DNA of 64,000 nt from assembly GCF_964213995.1 (NCBI RefSeq), contig NW_027590123.1:744001-808000 (forward strand). The letters are read 5' to 3'. Numbering within the stretch: position 1 is the stretch's first letter; each line of letters starts with the position of its first letter. Under the pieces are notes generated by a model that made no database searches, was not told the origin of the DNA, and saw only the letters and a program-made list of their open reading frames with translations. This DNA is from Mustelus asterias (lineage: Eukaryota). This document shows positions 1 through 13,989 of this stretch, piece after piece. Made by a program: the position numbers and the translations under genes.

Positions 1-79
1 ATGGCGGGAGCAGACTCAATGGACCGAGTGGCCTCATTCTGCTCCTATTTCTTATGTCTTCTGGACTTATGGTCTTATA

Positions 80-1775
80 TACTGACACACTTGGAATAAA
101 GGACATGCTTCGATTTTTGAAGTAGTAAATCACAAATATGCGAATGTAGAACAGCATATTTTAGGACCAGCTATCGTCCCATCCATCCGTCCACTCTCTG
201 ATTTCTGAAGCAAAACATTCAGGCATCCAACTATCGTTCATCCCTGCATCAACGCAAGTATTCCTTTATTGCTGGGTAGATGGTGGCGTAATATTAATGC
301 CAGTGTACCAGTAATCCAGAAGCCCAGGCCAATGATGTGGAGACACGAGATTAAATCCGACCCTGGCAGCTGGTGGAATTTGAATTCAATCAATAAATCT
401 GGAATACATACTGACAGCGACCAGGTAAACCTCTCTGATTCCCCAATGAAGGAAATCTGCCATCCCTACCTGGTCTCATCAGGATGTGACTGCAGACGGA
501 CAGCAATATAACTAACTGGGCAATGCCTTCTGAGATGCCCTAGCATACCACTCAGTTCAAGAGAAATTAGGGAAAGGGAATAAATGTTGGCCTTTCCAGA
601 GATTCTGACGTCCCATGGAAGAATGAAGTGAAATAAAACACAAGCATACATGTTTATCTAGTATAAAATATATCACCTCTCTGAATCAACTCTCATAATC
701 TGCCGGTATTTTTTCTACATCTATCCATCAATGTTTTGTTGTGTTGGAGAGATTCATCATTGTTGCTAACAAGGTGCCGGAGAAGCTGAATACTTTCTTT
801 TCCGAAGAAATGGGAAACATTCATAGATGTTTGCAACTTAAAAATAATTAAATTGCCTCCAGTACTGTTGCTGGGTAGATTTGTTTATAAATAGGCCTCA
901 TTGACAATGCTGAGAGTTTGAAGTTGGCTTGCAGCCAAGTGTTCAGTACTGAGGAAACAGGTTTTTGATTTACCGAACAAACACCCTCAGATGCTTCCTG
1001 TAAATATTTTTGGGTATTTGGCAGCAGCCTGGACAGTTGCCAAATGCTGCGTCGGACAGATTAACGTGAATCTGTAAGGATAACATGGGACTTCGTCAGT
1101 TATACAATAAATGTTTTATTCCCAAAAGGAAGGCACATTTTAAATGTTTTTTCTTCGAAGCAAATATTTTATATGAATGCACTGTCCATTATGTGATTAA
1201 AAAGTATCGGAAACTAGTCAATTGACTTGATGCTATTTCATTTGTATAGCTTCCAAAGAAATGTCCTTCCAACAATTAAAGCCTCTTTATGACCAACGTA
1301 TGTTGATGTCCCCAATCCCTCCGTCTCATGAGATCAGTGTAAAGGCACAAAAATGAAAATAATTAAAACTAAAAGAAAATCATATATCTGCCTTGAACAG
1401 CGGGGACTTGGGCATATTCTCAATGTTCTGCACCTCATTAAAAACTTATATCTGATGTATAACGTGTTCTGTTGTACAGCATAATCTGATTTCAATTATT
1501 TAACAGTCCCTCTCATAACTGCCAATGAGTGAAGAAATGATCAGTTCATAACCTGGTTCAGTGAAAGATGAAGTATTTATTCTTGTGATATTGTGCATTA
1601 TGCCGCAAAGTCCTGATATCCTGTGTTCCCAATACCAGCTGCTCGCCAATACAATGATCTGTCATGATTTGGATGCTGAAGGAGAACTTTCCTGATTGCC
1701 GTGTTCCGTTCTAATTCATTAGCTTCTTTGTCAAAAGTCAATGTCAATTTTATGTTTCTCTGTCAACTCAATGCT
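80..1775 (-). pseudogene. Unidentified multi-exon pseudogene, copy 1 (partial); a further partial copy lies at about 10690-11450
   Basis: Collinear with 14587-16310 and 28650-30395. Confidence 0.45.
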
Positions 1776-2894
1776 TAATTATAAGTCAAGAAGTTTTCTT
1801 TCACCGTTAATTTTCACAGGGTTAAGGAGCTGTTGGGGAAATATAAGGTGTAACATTGTATCAGATAAGGAGTTTATTTTGTTAATTTATTAGTGGGCGG
1901 CACGGTAGCACAGTGGTTACCATTGCTACTTTACAGCATCAAGGACTGATGGTTCAATTCCCGGAATGGGTCTCTGTCTGTGTGTAGTCTGCACATTCTC
2001 CAAGGATATGCCATTTAGGTTGTTTGGCGATGATGAATTGTCCCATAGAATCAAGTGAATTAGCAGGGATGGGAATAGGGCCTGGGGAAGAGCGTTGTCA
2101 ATGCGGGCCCGATATGCTCCTTCTGCACTGCAGGGATTCTATGGACATGGGTGCCGCTGGCTGATCAGCATTTATTGCCCACCCACTGTCGAGGGCAGTT
2201 GAGAGCTAAACACATTGCTGTGGCTCTGCAATCACAAGTAGGTTAGATGAGGTAAGGACGGCATATTTCCTGCTCTAAATGACATTAATGAACCAGATAG
2301 GTTTTTACACAATCGACAATGATATCATGGTCATAAGTAGATTCTTAATTCCAGACGTTTTTACTGAACTTAAATTCCATCATCTGCCGTGGCGGGATTC
2401 GAAGCCGGGTCCTGAGAACATTAGTTGAGTTTGTGGATTAATTGTCTCGCGATAATAACGCTGGGTCACTGCTTCCCTTCTTCTTATATCCAGTCCCAAA
2501 TTACAGTGATAGCTATCCACACCTGAAACACAATCATCCCAGCATTAAGTTACATAAATCGATATTAATTCTTCTAATGAATCATATTTCGCTGTAATAT
2601 GTCAGAGATACAGAATTATTGCAAATCAGACTGACGGCTTTACCCTGATAATGTAATGTCATCTGTTTATGTCCATTCCCTTGTGAAGAGGTGCAGAAAT
2701 AAAGGCACTTAATTTACACTGAAATTGTTTCTTTTCTGTAACAGATGCTCAAATGCAATTTCACCTCTTGGATTAGCAGAGACATGACAATGGATCTCAC
2801 TGTCACTCCCTCGGTGTTAGTCTGTCTCTGGAATGTTCCATTGTCAGCAATCAATTCACCAGGAATAATCCTTGGTGTTTTTGATACATTTTAT

Positions 2895-3195
2895 TTGATT
2901 TCATTTGACTTATTATTATCGCATATATTAGTACACAGTGCAAATTATTGTTTCTTGCGCACTATACAGTCAGAGCATAACGTATATAGGGAAGGAAGGG
3001 AGAGAGTGAATAATGTAATTTTGCACTCATAGCTGGGGTGTAGAGAAAGATGAACTTAATGCGACGTAGGTCCATTCAAACGCCTTATTGCAGCAGGAAA
3101 TACATTGTTTTTGAGTCGGTTTATACGTGCCCTCAGACTTTTGTATCTTGATCCCGATGGAAAAAGGTGACAGAGTATGTCTGGAGTGCGTGGCG
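2895..3195 (-). mobile_element. Rex1/Babar-like LINE 3' fragment in the pseudo-VH leader intron (paralogous copy about 17478-17775)
   Basis: Minus-strand HPGHTLSPF...RVKNSFFPAAFRLLN, typical of the Rex1 RT C-terminus (clearest in the 17.5-kb copy). Confidence 0.65.
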
Positions 3196-3230
3196 TTTTA
3201 TTTTCATCGGCTTTTAGATATTTTTACAAG

Positions 3231-3745
3231 TGTGGAATCGGAGGTTGTGCTGAGTCAGCGAGAGGCAGAAACTGGGCGTCCCTGAAACTCTTTGAGACTG
3301 ACTGCAAAGCCAACGCGTCCAATATTAGCAGTATCTGGATGTTCCGGGTCCGACAGGTCCCTGAACAGTGTTTACAGTGTCTTCTTCAGTACGATAGTCT
3401 TGGGTCAACCTACAATTCCTCCCCCCCAGGGATTCAGAATCAATTTACTCCGCCCAAATGCACTTCAAACAACGGAAAGAGAAAATGCTGGAAAATCTCA
3501 GCAAGTCTGGCAGCACCTGTAAGGAGAGGGAAGAACTGACTTTTCGATTCCAGATTACCCTTTGTCAAAACATTCGAAATGTCAGCTATTTTCTCTCCTC
3601 ACAGATATTGCCAGGCCTGCTGAGATTTCCAGCATTTTCTCTTTTGGTTTCAATTGCAGAATCCGCAGTAATTTGCTTTTATACTTCAAACGACATCTTC
3701 TCTTTGGAAATAACTGAAAACCGAAGATTTCTATCTTTACCCTGT
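3231..3745 (+). pseudogene. IGHV: VH pseudogene 1 (stop, frameshifts, Penelope-like insertion in FR3, no recognisable RSS)
   Basis: VESEVVLSQREAETGRP* then WMF-RVRQVP-like sequence and NDIFSLEIT; collinear with VH at 31287; TGA at 3283. Confidence 0.88.
3474..3682. mobile_element. Inverted pair of Penelope-like terminal repeats with 12-bp TSD
   Basis: GAAAATGCTGGAAAATCTCAGC...GCTGAGATTTCCAGCATTTTC palindrome; TSD ACTTCAAACAAC 3462-3473 / ACTTCAAACGAC 3683-3694. Confidence 0.65.
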
Positions 3746-4164
3746 CTGTTCTACACAGACTCCAATTCTCCTATGATGAAAATGACTCCTAACCACGACT
3801 GAAATTGCCGGGCAGGCCAGTCAGTTGTATCAAAGATGCTATGGAAAAACAAATAATAAAATCATCCCGAGGGCAGGTTTCAACAAGGTGGTTCACAACC
3901 GCCTTCTCAGCAGGGACAACTAAATGTTGGCTTTGTCAGTGATGATCACATCCGGAGGATCAATAACAACAGTGTAAAGTGCTGCCGATTCTGGAAATCT
4001 AAAACTAAAGCAACACAAATGCTACTCAGCAGATCAGTATGCATCAGCAGAGAGAGAACCAGATTCACATTTAAAATCAATGCCGGGATGCAAAATCTCA
4101 TTGATATAATTCTAAAGAGCAAGGCTGATCTCCCCAATATCCTACCTTAATACTGATTCTTCAA

Positions 4165-4762
4165 ACAAAAGCAGGGATGTACTTCTGAGGCTTTATAAAG
4201 CACTGGTTAGGCCCCATTTGGAGTACTGTGAGCAATTTTGGGCCCCACACCTCAGGAAGGACATACTGGCACTGGAGCGGGTCCAGCGGAGATTCACACG
4301 GATGATCCCAGGAATGGTAGGCCTGACATACGATGAACGTCTGAGGATCGTGGGATTATATTCATTGGAGTTTAGGAGGTTGAGGGGAGATCTGATAGAA
4401 ACTTACAAGATAATGAACGGCTTAGATAGGATGGACGTAGGGAAGTTGTTTCCATTAACAGGGGAGACTAGGACGCGGGGGCACAGCCTTAGAATAAAAG
4501 GGAGTCACTTTAGAACAGAGATGAGGAGAAATTTCTTCAGCCAGAGAGTGGTGGGTCTGTGGAATTCATTGCCACAGAGGGCTGTGGAGGCCGAGACGTT
4601 GAGCGTCTTCAAGACAGAAATTGATAAATTCTTGATTTCTCGAGGAATTAAGGGCTATGGGGAGAGAGCGGGTAAATGGAGTTGAAATCAACCATGATTG
4701 AATGGTGGAGTGGACTCGATGGGCCGAATGGCCTTACTTCCGCTCCTATGTCTTATGGTCTT
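4165..4762 (+). mobile_element. CR1 LINE 3' fragment
   Basis: RT C-terminus LEYCEQFWAPHL...RRLRGDLIETYK; (TCTTATGG) tail; protein identical to the 60.5-kb copy over 155 aa. Confidence 0.92.
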
Positions 4763-7700
4763 AAAATCACAAATTTACTGGCAATTTATCACATCTCGGT
4801 TTGTGGGAGTTTGCTGCAGTACATTACCTGTTGTATTTGCACCATGATAGCAGTGACTAAATTCAGCAAAGGTACATCAGTAAGTTTTAAGATCTTTGGG
4901 ACTACATGAAGTCGGGTAAAGTGTTGTATAAATGTAAGCTCTACCAAAATGAAAGTTGTAATACTTTGGAAGTGCTAGAGATTAATGCGAATATATTCAT
5001 TCCTCTGCCTGATCATAGCAGCATAAAATCATAGAATCCAGTGCAGTAGGAGGCCATTCGATCCCTCAAGTCTGCAGCTGCTCTCCAGCAGAGCATCCTA
5101 TCTTCACCCTACCCCGACAACCAGACATATTCAGCGGCTAATGTCTCTAACCTACACATCGTTGGACACTAAGGGGCAATTTAGAATCGCCAATCCACCT
5201 TGGGCCTGGGAATGATGCCCTGCTGGACAGCTAGTGCAGACTTGATGGACCGAATGGTCTCCTTCTGCACTGTAGGGACTCTGTGATTCTACGTTGCTCA
5301 TCCTTGGACTCAAAGGAGCAATTTATCATACCAATCCACCTAGCCGTACATCCTTGGACTGTGGAAGGAAACCGGAGCATCGGAGGAAACTCACATGGAC
5401 ATGGTCGAATGTGAAAAACCACACAGTCACCCAAGGTTGGAATCGAACCCGCTTCCCTGTCACTGTGAGGCAGCAATGCTACTTGTGTCACTTAGTGATA
5501 ACCACACTGGATTTTTTATTCTTCCCTCGTGTGAGGAATTATGACAGGAATATTTCACGCATCAGTTCTCTTTGTTTTAACTTGTCTAGTTGAAGCAATT
5601 TAGATCATCAATCAAATTAACATTCAGTGGAATACCAGCCTGTTCACAGATACTTTATTTATTGTGACATCAGAACTTTCAGGACAAATTCTTAAATAGA
5701 ATGTATTTATTCATTTAATTAAATAGCATCTGGTGTAATGTATGTTAAAAAAGATTTCTATTCCTTTTGAACCAACTGTTAATATTCTTAAAATAACCGC
5801 TATTTTGAGTTGAAACTAATGAATAAATGACGGTTTATCTGTTTTTGCTGCCATGAACATTTCATTGTAAACAGTGAGGTATTTATGTAAATAAACACAG
5901 AAATAGAAATCCCAGATTAGACTGTTGACTGACAAAAACACAACAAATATTTCCCCACCAACACAGCACAGAAATAAGACAAACATGCAAATCGATCAAC
6001 GGATTCCAGAAATGATTGTTTTTATACATTAGTTATTCATCAATTATACGAGGAAAAAATCATGACAATATCTATATTCAGAATTAGGAAAGAATCCCTC
6101 TGATCCCGAAATATGATAAAACGGCAAATGTGTTCGTGGAAATTCCCTGTGTTTCATCTCTCTCTCTCTGTCTTTCTCCTTCTGATTCTGTGTCTTGTCT
6201 CTTCACGATAGTTCATCGTCTTCCCTCCACAACCTGAATTCAATGTTGCCCAATGTATTCTCTCAGCCAGAGTAGTAAGGAATGCAACGCAATGAATTGG
6301 AATCCATGAGGGAGATTTACTCTAAAAGATCTCTTGAGCATTCTATGATCTTGGGATATTTTATACATTTTCCTCTGTATCGAACCTGTGTTGTACCTCG
6401 TAACAAGGATTCGATGTGGCAGCACCAAATAAATTTTCCCTGTATTTATCCCTGCCCTTGGACTGTTTGACTGGACAGTGTAGAGGAATATTTACTCTGC
6501 ATCTAAACTCACGTACCTGCCCTTTGAATGTTTGATATTACTTGTAGAGGGATATTTAATCCGTATCTAATCTCTGCTGTACCTAACCTGAGTGTATTTT
6601 ATGAGACTGTGCCGAGGGATCTTCCCCCTCTACCGAACACCAATTCAAACTTGCCTCCCGATTCTCTGAAGGAAAAATGCAGAAGTGGTTTTACCGAGAA
6701 GAGAGTCCCTGGTCTGTATGTCTTTATTGTGTTTGAGCAGACTTTGTAGAGGGAGTTTCACTCTGTTTCTAGACAATCTACCTTTTCCAGGAATGTTTGA
6801 TTTTGATAGTGAGAGGGAGGTTCACTTTGTATCTAAATCATGCTATTCCTGCCTTGGGAGTGTTAAATTTGGCAATGCATGGGGGAACTTAACAGCTAAC
6901 CCCTTGTTACTCCTGTCCTGTGAATTTTTGATGGGGCAGTAGGCCGTCTCTCCACATTTCATGGGGGTTGAACCAGTCTCTTTATTAGACAGTAAATTTA
7001 CCCTGCATCAGCTTCTATTATATAAGGTCATACCTCGGTTTATGTTGCACTAGACCCTATCTCTACACATATTAAACCAGATGCTTTCTCTAACTATACT
7101 AAATTAGACCTTGTCCCTGTTTGTATTATGCATCACCATGTTTCAGTTTATTTCAAACTAGACGCGGTGTCAGTTTGTATTAATTTAGACCTGTCTGTTT
7201 GTATTAAAATAGATGGAGTCTTATTCCTGCACTTGACCTTATCCACGTTTATATTGAATTGGACATGGTCTCAGTTTTTACTGCACTGGACAATGCCAGT
7301 AATGAGGAAAGTGTTTAGGGGGACACAATTCTCTGCATCCTCCTGAACATGGAATGCTATGAGGTCTTGGGCACTGGAAAAGAAGCAGTGTTATCTGAAA
7401 TCTACTTCTGCTGACTGCATTGAAAATGGATACTAAGACCTGTATAGCATGCACTGTCAACACAGAACAAAGAACAAGAAAAGTTACTGCAGAGGCACAG
7501 GTCCTTCAGCACTGGAAGCCCACACCGACCAAATACTGTCGATCCAACACTGCCTGTTTCAGAATCCTGCCAGAGACCACTGTTTTTCATCCAACATAAT
7601 ATCTCTTCTTCTCGAGAACCGCGGAGAAATGCAGACATAATTCAAATAGAGGCAAAGTTAAGTGCAGGCATAACACTAACACAGTCTAGTGAAATATGTA

Positions 7701-8054
7701 CAGGGTCAGGATCAAATATTACTTAACCAGAGAGTGTGGCTAGTGCAATATAAACTGATTTCTAGTCTAGCAGTGTATTAACAGAGACAGACTCTAATTT
7801 AACATAAACGGGGTCCTGATCCAGCAAAATAGAAATGGGTTCGTTCCGAGTGCCATGTGGGGATGTTCAAAGGCCAAATGCTGATCTTTTCAGTGACACC
7901 CACATCCCATGAAACAAACATTTCAAAGATATATGACAATGTCGAGGAAAATAAAACTGAGACAGTGTCTAGTGCGGTTTTACTGCACATAGGAGCTTGT
8001 GCATATAAACTGAGACAGAGCCCAGTAATTAATGATACTGGACCTAAATTTCTT

Positions 8055-8375
8055 TAGACTGAGACGGAGTCAAGTGCATTAATAATAATTACTAATAGAT
8101 ACAGGACAGTGACAGATGTAAACTGAGACAGAGTCCAATGTATTAGTAATGATTACTGATACAGTACCTAGACTGATGTAAACTGAGACAGAGTCCAGTG
8201 TATTAGTAATGATTACTGATACAGCACCTAGACTGATGTAAACTGAGACAGAGTCCAGTGTATTAGTAATGATTACTGATACAGCACCTAGACTGATGTA
8301 AACTGAGACAGAGCCCAGTTTATTTGTAATAATTACTGGTACAGGGCCTAGACTGATACACACTGAGATACGGAC
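8055..8375 (+). repeat. 60-bp tandem repeat (about 5 copies)
   Basis: AACTGAGACAGAGTCCAGTGTATTAGTAATGATTACTGATACAG... in register at 8121, 8181, 8241, 8301; less expanded at 25090-25310. Confidence 0.85.
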
Positions 8376-11300
8376 AATGCAGCAATTAGGAGGTATTGCA
8401 AAATGCAATTATAGCTGAGACGTGACATAGTCTTAAATAAATAAACACATGGACTGGTGCAGCATTAACGTAAACAGGATCGAGTTTATCAAAATCTAAT
8501 GAACTCTTAGCATAATATCTGTGACAGAACCATGTGTCATGCATGAAGCAGTTGCTCCAGTTTAATATGCAGTGGCAAATGTTCTGAGGCAGTAAGAATT
8601 GAGACACGGCCTCTTGTCGGATCAGCAGAAGCATGGCTCAGTACAGCCATAACTTAGAAATTATAATATAAACAGGGCCTGTGTCTCATATATGAACACC
8701 TGATATTGAGCCAAGTGTAGGAAATAGCTTAGACATGACCTCCTGGAATGTGATCCAGGCGCAGCCTACTGTAATATAGACAGACGCAGAAGCTAGCTGA
8801 ATATAGGCAGAGATATGGTATGTTTAAAATTGTTTCATGTGATTTGATGTCACTGGGAAAGTCAGCTTTTGTTGTCAAACCATGATTTCCTTTGAGAATA
8901 TGGCGGCAGGCTTTGGGAAGCTGGTGGGTGGGGTGTTCTTCGAGCCAGCTACTTTCTCCAGAATGACATTGAGTTTTTGAGTGGCACAAGTCAGGCAAGT
9001 AGAGAATATTCAATCATTTGTGTCGGCACATATTTGGTGGGCCGAAGGGCCTGTTCCTGTGCTTTACTGTTCTGTGATATTTGTTCATACTCCTGCCTTT
9101 TGCCTTGTAGATGATGGATAGGAGTTGGGAATTCAGGAGGTGCGTTGTTCACTGCAGAACTCCGAGCGTCTGACCTGCTCCTGTGGCCACATGATTTAAA
9201 CGTCTGTCTCCGTTCAGATTTTCACGAATTATAATTCCCAGGATGTTGATAGTGGGCGAATTCAGCGATGGGCAATGCCATTTAATGTCATGGGGAGTGG
9301 TTTGGAATCTCCCTCATTGGAGACTGTCATTGCCTGCCACTTGTGGTGCATGAATGTTCCTTGTCATTCATTATCCAATGACTGAATGTTTTCTAACTCT
9401 TACTGCATATGGGCACAGACTGTGTCAGTAACTGAGGAGTCACAACTGGTGCGGAACTTTGTGCAATCACCTGTGAAAATCCCACTTCTGAACTTTGATG
9501 AAGGATGAAGCTTGGGGCTAGGTCACTACCTGAAGAAATCCTGCAGCAATGCGTGTGACTGGCATGATTGACCATCAACAACCATCTTCCTTTGTGCTCA
9601 GCGTGACTCAGGCAGTGGACTCTGTTCCCCCTGATTCCCATTGTGACATTAATAAATAAACTACAAACCTCAAATCTTCCAGCAAATAAGGAGAATGTCA
9701 TAAATGTTCAGAAAGATAGTAATTATTTTCACCAATGACCATCCATTCGCAATTTAATAAATGCATTCACCAATTCTCATTCATTCACAAAGGTTAGTCT
9801 ATTTAAAATTACTTGATGGAAGGTGGGCGACTGTCTAAGCTATAATTTATTTCACATTGCTAATTGCATTCGGTAAGCTGATGGTTAGCCGTCTTCTTGA
9901 ACCGCTGCACAATCTGCAGTGTAGGTACACCCACAGTGCTGTTAGGAAGGGTTCTCCTGGATTCCGACCCAGCGACAGTAAAGGAGCGGTAATATATGTC
10001 CAAGTCAGGTTTATAAGCGTCTTGGAGGGGAATATCCAGGCGGGGTTGTTCTAATTCACCAATTAACATCAATTCATATAGATAAACAATTATTTCACCA
10101 ATTATATTCAGCATTCTGATAAATGGAAAATACTGCGGATTCTAGAAACTGAAACAAAAGCAATAAATTCCGAAAATCTCCACAGGTCTGATCGCATCTG
10201 TGGAAAGAGAACAGAGTCAAAGTTTCGAGTCGGGATGACCCTTTTTTTTTATTTGGGGGAAATTGAAGAGAGTGATGACATTGGGAAATGATGAGGTGGA
10301 AAGGGATTAGGATATAGTTAGCGATTGAGATGTTGATTAGGTTAGTTAGCATGGAGAAGTTGATGATTTTTGGGATCGGTATGTAAATTGATGCAACTTG
10401 TGTGTGGCTCGAAATAGTGCATATAATTAAACAGTATCTATTTGAACTATTCCCATTTCACAGGAAAGTTATGCAGCTTCTCTGACACCTTGTTAGAAAC
10501 AATGATGATCTCTCCAACGCATCAGGAATACTCTGCCGAAGCGTCATCCAAAAACGAAACGTTGGCTCTATTCTGTCTCCACAGATGCTGTCAGACCTGC
10601 TGAGATTTTCCAGCATTTTCTGTTTGTTTCCAGTATTTCCTTCTAAACAACTTTGCTTTGAATAATTTATTGATATTAACATTTATTGACACCTTTTTGT
10701 CACCAAGGATAAAATCTGTCCCAGAATTCAGTTGGAAATTGAATGAATACAGACCGAGGATCATGAGTAGCTACCCAGCAGACTCTGCGCTTTAAACTCC
10801 TGAATCATAACTGGTGTGATGATTTCCAAAGTAATCATACAAATTAAACTACCTGCACCAAATATGATTTTACTGAATCTTTAAATCCCGATTCATTATT
10901 ACACAGTTTTGGGAAATAATGTAACACTTGTAGTTATCCAGTGAGTTTCACAATATATCTGTTGCCACATTATTTATTTTACAGCCTGTTACCTTCATTT
11001 ATTTGGGTGAGGGCATGGTGAGTGATTTGCTGCACATGTTTCAAATATTACAAACCTCCATCCTCAGCCAAATCATGTTCCCTCTTTCGATCTTGGATAT
11101 GAATATTCAGCATCAGCAGAGAAATGAACCATCCGTGCTGCAGGAAAATCCCCTCTTCTTTTCGTGAGGATCAGCTTGCTAGCTCCCTCGAAACTAGGGT
11201 TGGATTTCTCCCAGAACCTCTCGAAATATTGACGTTATTAGACTGACAGAAATGGGATAAAGGAGCTGTTTCAATTTATGGACCAGTGAAGTACAAATAT

Positions 11301-12909
11301 GGGAATGTAGAACAACATCTTTCAGTACCATTTAACAATGCATCTATCAATCCATTCACTGGTTCCTCAATCAAAATACTCAGGCATCCAACTGTCATTC
11401 ATCCAACTATCATTCATTCAACTGTCATTCATTCCTGCATCAAGACAGGCATTCATTTATTGTTTGCGCAGATGGTGACGTAATATCAATTTAATTGGCC
11501 CAGTGATCCAGAGGCCCAGGACAATGATGTGGGGACAGGGATTTAAATCGGAGCATTGCAGCTGATGGAATTTGAATTCAACTAATAAGTATGGAATACA
11601 TTCTAATGGCCATGCTAAATTGCCCCTTAGTATCCAAAGATGTTCAGATTAGGTGGATTGGTCATGGTAAATGTGTGGGGCTATGGGGAATGGGTAGGGG
11701 AAAGGGTTTGGCTCAGATACTCTGTCAGAGATTCGGTGCAGACTCGATGGGCAATTTTTGAGAGATTGATTCAACGGCAAGTGTTGCCCATGAAGCTATT
11801 AGTTGTGGTTGTATATTGTCGTTTTCTGTGTCATGAATAAGACCGAGGAATTTTTGTTGGAGAGCCTAGTTCCCCCAAATCTTGTAGTCTCTGCTCTGAT
11901 GCTAGTGTCGAATGTCTTATTTAGATTCAGGAAGGTATGGTTATGATACGTATATCTTCCGACACAAACACAACACTGTGCTTCAGGTTAATCCCGGTCT
12001 TCAAGCAGATGAGTAACAAAATTGTCATCCTATCAAAGGCCTTTCCCATGATGCTATGATTGAGATACAGCTGCAGATGTTGCCGCCTCTTCTGTCGACC
12101 TTGTCTTCGGATAGTGTGATGCTTTTGAATGATGAGTCTCCTGTGGAACGGAACCTATATTCTGGCAGAGAAAGAGAAGGTAATAAATGTTCAGAAAGTT
12201 GGTATTTATTTTCACCAATTGCCATCCATTCACAAAGTTACACAATTTTGTTCATAAGTTATCATCCATTCATAAACATTAATCGTTTAAGTTTTAATTT
12301 AATGGATACGTGCGTTGCTGGCTCAGTCAGCATTTGTTGCCCATACCTAATTGCCCTTAGTGAGCTGGTGGTGAGCTACCTTCTTGAATTGCTGCAGAAC
12401 CGGTGGTGCTGGTACCCACACTGTGCTGTTGCAGAGGGACTTCTAGGATTTCGATCCAGCGATAGTGAAGGAAGGACGATATATTTCCAAGTCAGGTATA
12501 TGACTGACTTGGAGGGGAATTTATAGGTGATATTCCCTGGTAATTGTTACCCCTGTCCTTCCAGATGGTAGGTGTCGTGTGGTTGGAAGGTGTTGCGTAA
12601 GGAGTTTCGGTGAGTTTCGGAAGTGAAACTTGTAGATGGTACATAATGCTGCTCTCTGTGGTGGAGGGACTGAGCATTTGCAAATGCTGTGCCAGTCCAG
12701 CCGGCGGCTTTGTCCTGAATGGTATGAAGATTCTTGAATTTTGTTTGAGCTGCACTTACTCAAGCAAGTGGAGAGAACCCTTTTACTCTCCTGACTTGTG
12801 TCGTGTAGGTGGTGCACAGGTTTGGGGAGTCAGGAGGTGGGTTACTCAAAGCAGGCTGACCTGATATTCTAGCCGGAGCATTTATATACCTAGTTAATGC
12901 AGCGATTAT

Positions 12910-13755
12910 AATGCAGCAGATGGAGTATAACGTTGACAAGTGTGAGGTTATCCGCTTTGGAAGGAATAATAGTAAAATGGACTATTATTTATACGGTGAA
13001 AAATTACAACATGCTACTGTACAGAGGGACCTGGGGGTCCTTGTGCATGAATCGCAAAAACTCAGTTTGCAGGTGCAGCAGGTGATCAAGAAGGCAAATG
13101 GAATGTTGGCCTTTATTGCGAAGGGGATGGAGTATAAAAGCAGGGAGGTCTTGCTGAAGTTGTACAAGGTACTGGTGAGGCCGCAACTAGAGTACTGTGT
13201 GCAATTTTATTTCCCTTATTTGCGGAAGGATATATTGGCTTTGGAGGGAGTACAGAGAAGGTTCACCAGGTTGATACCAGAGATGAGGGGGTTAGCTTAT
13301 GAGGAGAGATTGTGTAGATTGGGCCTGTACTCGTTGGAGTTTAGAAGGCTGAGGGGAGATCTTATAGAGACATATAAGATAATGAAGTGGCTAGACAGGG
13401 TAGAGGCAGAGAGATCCTTTCCACTTAGAAAGGAAACAAGAACTAGAGGACACAGTCTCAAAATAAGGGGGAGTCAGTTTAGAACAGAGTTGAGGGGCAA
13501 CTTCTTCTCTCAGAGGGTAGTGAATCTCTGGAATTCTCTGCCCATTGAAGCAGTGGAGGCTACCTCGTTAAATATGCTGAAGTCACAGGTAGATAGATCT
13601 CTGATCAATAAGGGAATTAAGGGTTATGGGGAGCGGGCAGGTAAGTGGAACTAAACCACTATCAGATCAGCCATGGTCTTATTGAATGGCGGGGCAGGCT
13701 CGAGGGGCTTGATGGCCTACTCCTGCTCCTATTTCTTATGTTCTTATGTTCTTAT
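12910..13755 (+). mobile_element. CR1 LINE 3' fragment
   Basis: ORF 12911-13654 is an RT C-terminus; (TTCTTATG)n tail; same subfamily as 56428-59234. Confidence 0.92.
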
Positions 13756-13989
13756 TAGCCAATGGTAACCCCGCCGATGTTTATAGTGGGTGATTCAGTA
13801 TCATAATATCATTGAGTGACAAGGGGCAATGGGTCGGTTCTCCCTTTTTGGAGATGATCATTGCCTGGCGTCAATATTACCAACAACCTTCAATTCACAA
13901 AAATAAATTAATATTTCACCAATTATTGTCAGTATTTTATTTGATGCAAATATAATTGCAGTTTATGAAACTGCAGATTCAAATGTATT

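Larger units (their letters stand above)
80..11610 (+). repeat. Segmental duplication unit A (paralogous to 14587-29015)
   Basis: Collinear anchors: 80/14587, 3240/17820, 5730/18980, 6985/24053, 9650/26940, 11600/29010. Confidence 0.85.

Noticed and set aside
5985-5992. Octamer ATGCAAAT (also near 19235, 13944, 46097)
   Set aside because: Not positioned at a V promoter; expected by chance in AT-rich DNA.
8055-8408. 60-bp repeat as a CRISPR array or repeat protein (ORF 8079-8408)
   Set aside because: Vertebrate DNA; whole units repeat with no unique spacers, so it is a minisatellite.
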